Below, piece by piece: positions 6,339-11,101 of a stretch of 11,101 nucleotides of DNA. The position numbers and the translations under genes are program-made. Numbering within the stretch: position 1 is the stretch's first letter; each line of letters starts with the position of its first letter. The notes under the pieces were generated by a model. That model did no database searches. It was not told the DNA's origin and saw nothing but the letters and a program-made list of their open reading frames with translations. The stretch lies in contig JBMSQQ010000105.1 of NCBI GenBank assembly GCA_049423385.1, positions 1-11,101 of the forward strand, read 5' to 3'. The DNA is from Silvanigrellaceae bacterium (GTDB taxonomy: Bacteria; Bdellovibrionota_B; Oligoflexia; Silvanigrellales; Silvanigrellaceae).

Positions 6339-7211
6339 TTATTTCAGGTGTTTCTTTTCAGCAGCACGGGCCAAGAGACGGCTCTTTTTTGTCGCCGTGA
6401 CGACCGCTGAAATCAACATCGGCCTCAGGCCGTGCCGCTCAAGTTCGTGAATTGCTGAGATTGTTGTGCCGCCTGGGGTTGTCACCTGGTCGCGCAACAC
6501 AGCCGGATGCTGGCCTGTGTCCTGCACGAGTTTTGCAGCTCCCAGAACGGTTTGTGCTGAAAGTTCCAGTGCGAGTTGGCGCGGCATGCCCATTTTGACT
6601 CCACCGTCCGAGAGGGCTTCAATCACCATGTAAATATACGCGGGTCCACTGCCGCTGAGTCCTGTGACGGCGTTCATGAGTTCTTCGGGAACAACCCATG
6701 CTTTTCCGACGGCCTCAAAAATTGAGCGCGCGCGGGAAATCTCACTTTCGGTTGCCTCTGGAGAAAAGCACAGGGCAGTTGCCGCGCAATCGACGGTCGC
6801 TGCGATGTTGGGCATTGCCCGAGAGACAACACAGCCTGCGAAAGCCTTTTGTACCTGGTCAATGGGAGTTCCGGCGAGAATGGAGATCACCAATGGATTA
6901 CCACCTCCGGACAGAAAAACAGGCTTCCAGAATTGCACTGCATCCTGAAAATTTTGCGGTTTGGTGCAGATGATAAGGGTGTCTGCTTGAGTCAGGGGGA
7001 TCTCGATTCCATCCCTTTGAACACGCGAGGCCAAAAGGAATTGCAACCGGCCAGGAAATCGCAACGACAGTTCTGCTGCGGCCTCATTTTCAAACCTGTC
7101 GCAGACGATGACTTGGCTTTCCGTGCTGGACAAAAGCCCTTTCACCAATGCTCGTCCCATGTTTCCAAATCCAAGTACAACAATTCGACCCAGCGCAGAT
7201 GTCGAGTTCAT
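6339..7211 (-). CDS. proC: Pyrroline-5-carboxylate reductase
   Basis: Rossmann VLGFGNMG, TKPQ, ISILAG, RAMPN, AVTGLSGSGPAYIY, AQTVLGAAKL and the P5CR signature LRDQVTTPGGTT. Confidence 0.97.
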   Translation of the reverse strand: MNSTSALGRIVVLGFGNMGRALVKGLLSSTESQVIVCDRFENEAAAELSLRFPGRLQFLLASRVQRDGIEIPLTQADTLIICTKPQNFQDAVQFWKPVFLSGGGNPLVISILAGTPIDQVQKAFAGCVVSRAMPNIAATVDCAATALCFSPEATESEISRARSIFEAVGKAWVVPEELMNAVTGLSGSGPAYIYMVIEALSDGGVKMGMPRQLALELSAQTVLGAAKLVQDTGQHPAVLRDQVTTPGGTTISAIHELERHGLRPMLISAVVTATKKSRLLARAAEKKHLK

Positions 7212-7221
7212 TATTCACGGC

Positions 7222-7563
7222 TCACTTGTTTTTGAGGGTTTTGATGTCTTCGTCGAAGGAACTTGAAAAGCTGTAGCTGCTCACTGTACCGGTGGTGTTG
7301 AACCTGACCACGAGGTCTTTGGTTCGGGTGGGGCGAAACAGCGAGTAGCGATAGAAGCCCCAAGTCCAGGTCAGTTGGCCACTGTCATAACCCACCTGAA
7401 ACGGTGAGCCGAGGCGCTGTTCCAATTCGACTTTTGTTGTTTTGTCTTTGGTAATCCACGCCACATCGCTAGGGAAATCATCACCGACCGTTGCGCACGC
7501 TGAAAGACCGGTTGTGGTCAAGACTCCGATTGAGGCAAACAAAATTGACGAAATTTTTCCCAT
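7222..7563 (-). CDS. Small outer-membrane lipoprotein, SmpA/OmlA (BamE)-like domain
   Basis: Start at ATG 7563 with SD GGAGGT (7575-7570), not the ORF-track 7791. Lipobox GLSA-C. TTKVELEQRLGSP...WTWGFY...DLVVRFNTTGTVSSY fits the SmpA/OmlA-like pattern (T..eV...LG.P...W.Y...L.V.F...G.V). 113 aa, ending 10 nt before proC. Confidence 0.72.
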   Translation of the reverse strand: MGKISSILFASIGVLTTTGLSACATVGDDFPSDVAWITKDKTTKVELEQRLGSPFQVGYDSGQLTWTWGFYRYSLFRPTRTKDLVVRFNTTGTVSSYSFSSSFDEDIKTLKNK

Positions 7564-7615
7564 GGCGATACCTCCGTAGATTGTCATGCTACCTTCTTGA
7601 GACAAGGAAAAAAAG

Positions 7616-8632
7616 ATGGAGAACTGCATGGGGTGGAAATATCCGGCGACGGGTCTTGGCTTGCCTGCCAGAGTGTCCGCAATTTTGGCTTTCAGCTTTT
7701 TGCCTGTTTTTGTTGATGAGACGTTTGCTGCGAAAAAGAGTGAAGTGATCGATACAGCTCCCGACAGCAACACTGCAGGACTCGTGAACACGGAAGTTGC
7801 GCCCGAAGGGTCTTTTCAGCTTGACTTGACCACAGGTCATCTTTGGTATGGTTCCAGCCCCAACACCAACGTGTTCACCAATCTTTATGCTGCTGGTTTG
7901 ACCCTGATTGGAATGCCAATTGTGAGTGTGGGCGGAAAAGTCCGCTATTGCGAGACCCTCGTGTTGAGCTGTTCCCTTCTGGGCGAGGTGGCAGTTGGCG
8001 CCAAGCTCACGGGCATCAAGAAAAAGCTGTTTGGAACTGTTTTCCAGAACAGCGTCGCCTACGATATGGACTCGGCGGGTCGGTTGACTCTTGGTCTGGG
8101 CTTGTTCTTTCAAGCCGGGAGGGCTTTCGAGCCGGATTCCATCAATTTTGAAGACCAATCAGCAGTCTGGGCGAACGCAATTTACGATGTGGCGTTCCAA
8201 AAAGACTGGTCGGTTGGTTTTGGTTACAGTCCCAGTTTCAAAACTTTTCATCAATATCCGTTGCAGGACAGTCTTTTTGTCAATCGCAGTGGTTTTTTGG
8301 GTGGTGGTCTTGCGCACGTGCGCACCCAATATTCAACGGAAGAGTGGCAATTCTCCCTGGGCGGTGCGTTGCTTTCGGATGCCGGGAATTGGTCGCTTTG
8401 GCCTGTTCTGGAGTTGATTTGGAAAAATCCACAGTCTCTGTTTGTTGATGAAGCGATGGAAAAACAGGAAAGGCAGCAAGCGGTTCCTGCGAAAGTCGAA
8501 GCCAGTTCAGAAAGCACGTCCGCTGGTGGCGAATCCGAGATTCCACTGAAGGAGGTTTCTCCGTCCGGCGTGAGCGATTCTGCTCAACCAAAGTCACAGG
8601 TCAAACCGGCAACCAGGGGTGGTAAAAAGTGA
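7616..8632 (+). CDS. Exported protein, probable outer-membrane beta-barrel with a charged low-complexity C-terminal tail
   Basis: Signal-peptide-like RVSAILAFSFLPVFVDETFA. Many alternating Gly/aromatic strands (VSVGGKVRY, GRLTLGLGLFF, DWSVGFGY, EWQFSLGGALL, WPVLELIW), then an E/S/P/K-rich tail. Start is ATG 7616 or ATG 7628; both have SD-like sequences. Confidence 0.6.
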   Translation: MENCMGWKYPATGLGLPARVSAILAFSFLPVFVDETFAAKKSEVIDTAPDSNTAGLVNTEVAPEGSFQLDLTTGHLWYGSSPNTNVFTNLYAAGLTLIGMPIVSVGGKVRYCETLVLSCSLLGEVAVGAKLTGIKKKLFGTVFQNSVAYDMDSAGRLTLGLGLFFQAGRAFEPDSINFEDQSAVWANAIYDVAFQKDWSVGFGYSPSFKTFHQYPLQDSLFVNRSGFLGGGLAHVRTQYSTEEWQFSLGGALLSDAGNWSLWPVLELIWKNPQSLFVDEAMEKQERQQAVPAKVEASSESTSAGGESEIPLKEVSPSGVSDSAQPKSQVKPATRGGKK

Positions 8633-9936
8633 AATTGAAGAGCTTTTCTTTTATCGTCTCTGGCGTAATTTTAGCGCAGATTCTGTTTTCTGGATGCAGC
8701 AACAAGTTGGATAAATATCCTGAGGGGATTCCGATTCAGGCAGACGTCTTGAGTTTAGATTCTGCTTCGGTGAATGACATTGGAGATGAGCCAAAGTTTG
8801 TTTATGGTCCAAAGACATTTCCGCAAATGAACAATCTTTCAAATCTAAGCAGTCCTCGATTTCAAATGTTGCAGGGTGGCGATTTGGAAGTGCGCGAGGC
8901 GGTGGGCAGTGTCATCACCAGCAGTGAATTCTCGGGTTACACCATTCCCGAAATTGCATACCGAAATGTCAATGGCGTTGTGAAGCCCTCCGACAGCAAA
9001 TCGCTGCTGTTGCTCTCCGCCAGTTATCAATTCGACACGCTGATTGACAAGATTGAATCTCTGACAGGAAGCACTCCACAGCAGTTCTTTGATGGATTCA
9101 ATACATTCAGTGTTCTTTTTCACCCTTCGGTCGTTCTTCGGGAATCAGACGAACAAACAAGAAAATATGAAAACACCAATGCCGCCTACGTGGCGGGAGT
9201 AAAGCAATTCGCCCTCTTTTCAGTGGGAAAAGACGAACGGGTGTCGATGACCTTCAATCCCCAGATTATTTCCCATGAATTTGGTCACGCCATTTTTGAG
9301 AAGTATTTTTTCAACAACAAGTATGAAAGATGCAATACCAGCGAATTCAGGACAGAAAAATTGTTTCCTGGTCGAATTGAAAATGAATATTCAATCAAGG
9401 GACTCAATGAAGGTTTCGCCGATTTTGTCAGTTTCGTTTGGACCGGATCTTCAAATATTCTTGAGTCTTCATTGGGGCCACAGTTGATTACAACGGAGAG
9501 AAATTTTTCGAGAGCGAAATTCAACTACGACGATTTCTCCTCGAAAGAAGGCGAGATTTGCCAAGGCCGCTTTTACTGCGTCGGTACCCTTTGGGCAAAG
9601 ACCTTGCTTGATGTCTTCTCATCACGTTCCCTCGATCCCAAGAATTCGGAGCAAAGGCAGCAGTTTTTGCGTGAAGTGGTTTCCTTGCTTCCTAAGGTCG
9701 GTGCTGCCTTGCGGGATTCCGAAGGAAAGGTCTTGCCTGACCCGGACGAAAAGACCTCAGGTTGTGTGAATCGGGATAGCCTTTCTCCCATGATGGATGG
9801 AGACGTGCTGACTGCCTTTTTTGTTGCCCTCCTGAACAGCACCGATCCAGCTGTAAAAAAATCATACTGCACGGCCATCATCAATAATTTTGGAACCTCC
9901 GGCTTTCCGATTTCATCGCGAAAGGTTTGCCAATGA
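8629..9936 (+). CDS. Lipoprotein zinc metallopeptidase, thermolysin/fungalysin-like (M4/M36-like gluzincin)
   Basis: GTGA overlap with the upstream stop. Lipobox LFSG-C. NTNAAY (cf. thermolysin NNAFW), ISHEFGH (HExxH) and GLNEGFAD (cf. M4 NExxSD third ligand). Confidence 0.78.
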   Translation: MKLKSFSFIVSGVILAQILFSGCSNKLDKYPEGIPIQADVLSLDSASVNDIGDEPKFVYGPKTFPQMNNLSNLSSPRFQMLQGGDLEVREAVGSVITSSEFSGYTIPEIAYRNVNGVVKPSDSKSLLLLSASYQFDTLIDKIESLTGSTPQQFFDGFNTFSVLFHPSVVLRESDEQTRKYENTNAAYVAGVKQFALFSVGKDERVSMTFNPQIISHEFGHAIFEKYFFNNKYERCNTSEFRTEKLFPGRIENEYSIKGLNEGFADFVSFVWTGSSNILESSLGPQLITTERNFSRAKFNYDDFSSKEGEICQGRFYCVGTLWAKTLLDVFSSRSLDPKNSEQRQQFLREVVSLLPKVGAALRDSEGKVLPDPDEKTSGCVNRDSLSPMMDGDVLTAFFVALLNSTDPAVKKSYCTAIINNFGTSGFPISSRKVCQ

Positions 9937-10535
9937 GAAGTTTTATTTTTTCACTTCGAGCCTGGCCTGTAGTGACCTGTGCCTTGTCATTTTCGGCTCA
10001 AGCCTCTGCTTTGGAGGACTTCGTACCCAAGCTTTCCGAATACAGCGCGACTGTAGGTTTGAATGCTCGTCCCAAAGCATCTTTTTCACAAGAGCAATAT
10101 TATCAGGAATCCTGGTTGTTGGCGGGTGCGGCGCACTGGCGCGTGATGCGGCCCAATGTTCGCCTGATCACTCGTGTTGGCTTTGAAAAATTTGCTGCAA
10201 TGCCCAAGAACAAAGGGCAAATCAATATCACCACCGGCGAGAGTCATTTTGGATTCGAGGTGGGAGGTGAATACCTGCGGCTTTTAGCGGTGGGAGCTGC
10301 GTTGGGTGGAAAGTTGATTTCAAAGGAGTCCAAACTTGAAGTGGGTGATTACGTCACCAACCAATCCACAGACTCCACCTGGAAAGAGTCGCTGAAGGCT
10401 TCGACGATTCGTGCCTGGATTGGAATTCCCATGATTCCGGACCTGCTGAAGCTGAATCTCGCTGTTCAGCGGGCCTTTTCAGTCCCCGACGATGAAAACA
10501 CCAGTTTCGGAGTTGAGATTCGCTACGAGTATTGA
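9933..10535 (+). CDS. Exported small outer-membrane beta-barrel-like protein
   Basis: ATG 9933 overlaps the upstream TGA (ATGA), with AAAGG RBS at 9921-9925. Signal peptide ending SAQASA, alternating strands, and a C-terminal beta-signal-like strand FGVEIRYEY with a terminal aromatic residue. 200 aa. Confidence 0.65.
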   Translation: MRSFIFSLRAWPVVTCALSFSAQASALEDFVPKLSEYSATVGLNARPKASFSQEQYYQESWLLAGAAHWRVMRPNVRLITRVGFEKFAAMPKNKGQINITTGESHFGFEVGGEYLRLLAVGAALGGKLISKESKLEVGDYVTNQSTDSTWKESLKASTIRAWIGIPMIPDLLKLNLAVQRAFSVPDDENTSFGVEIRYEY

Positions 10536-10551
10536 AGTTGAATCTATAAAC

Positions 10552-10581
10552 AAAAAAGCCACCCGTCGGGGTGGCTTTTTT
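10552..10581. terminator. Bidirectional rho-independent terminator
   Basis: AAAAAAGCCACCC-GTCG-GGGTGGCTTTTTT: a perfect 13-bp inverted repeat with A6/T6 flanks between convergent genes. Confidence 0.93.
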
Positions 10582-10602
10582 GATGCCGAAAGCAGAGCGT
10601 TC

Positions 10603-10926
10603 TTAGCGCTTGCTCTTGCCGGACTTGCGAGGAGTGCCCACTGCTTCCTTCAGCGATTTGGCTGCGCGGAAGCTGACCTTCTTGGAAGCAGGAATCGAGA
10701 TCGTCTCACCTGTTTGAGGATTGCGACCAGTACGCGCAGCGCGCTCTTTTGCGAAGAGGATGCCGAGCTTGTCGATGCGTGCTTTGTTGCCAGCGGCAAT
10801 TTCGGACTCAATCGTCGAGAGGAACTCTGTGAGAAGAGTCTTCGTCATCTTCTTTGGAAGCTTGTCTGTTAACTTCTCAGCGACGGCTGAAATGAGTTGC
10901 TGCGTGGAAACAGTATTGTTGGCCAT
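10603..10926 (-). CDS. HU-family DNA-binding protein
   Basis: ERAARTGRNPQTGETISIPASKKVSFRAAKSLKEAV is the HU arm with the intercalating Pro. Probable start ATG 10926 (MANNTV...), with a basic tail PRKSGKSKR. The ORF track starts at TTG 10950. Confidence 0.93.
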   Translation of the reverse strand: MANNTVSTQQLISAVAEKLTDKLPKKMTKTLLTEFLSTIESEIAAGNKARIDKLGILFAKERAARTGRNPQTGETISIPASKKVSFRAAKSLKEAVGTPRKSGKSKR

Positions 10927-11101
10927 TGGCAGATTCGCCTTGGAACTCAATGGCTAATTAAGAGGTCTCATTCATATGTCTAAATGAATAAGTAGAGCTT
11001 GGCTTACTGCTGGTTTAAAAATATTAAAGAACAATTTCAAAGCCGACCAAATACCTAAGGTTTGAGTCAATAGCCATCCTAGGGCCAATGAGTGAGAATG
11101 T

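Noticed and set aside
7564..7791. ORF-track N-terminal extension of the small minus-strand lipoprotein
   Set aside because: It overlaps the divergent gene. ATG 7563 has a GGAGGT SD and gives a clean lipoprotein signal.
1..11101. CRISPR array, tRNA/rRNA, IS/transposase, integrase, toxin-antitoxin or anti-phage defence genes
   Set aside because: No spaced direct repeats, cloverleaf, terminal inverted repeats or relevant catalytic motifs were seen by eye. Intergenic gaps are all under about 180 nt.

Overview
Gene-dense (~50% GC) bacterial chromosomal window with 12 complete genes and one partial gene. No mobile element, CRISPR array, rRNA or tRNA was seen. Left to right: the 5' end of a divergent minus-strand gene running off the left edge; a compact Tad-like module (CpaF/TadA ATPase, an apparent single-chain TadB-TadC fusion, and a Pro-rich lipoprotein with a C-terminal FED...DFND Ca-binding-like motif); a TIGR00266/AIM24 - M48 peptidase lipoprotein - metallo-beta-lactamase-fold lipoprotein cluster in which two ribosome-binding sites lie inside predicted hairpins; a minus-strand small lipoprotein plus proC; a divergent, translationally coupled trio (beta-barrel-like protein, thermolysin-like HExxH lipoprotein, beta-barrel-like protein); a bidirectional intrinsic terminator; and an HU-family gene. 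The lipoprotein- and peptidase-rich content resembles Bdellovibrionota/Myxococcota-type genomes, but this is a weak inference. The best leads are the minimal Tad module with a fused platform protein, the terminator-like hairpin hiding the SD of the TRAP-fold TIGR00266 gene, and the barrel-protease-barrel operon. All family calls come from reading motifs by eye; no searches were run.
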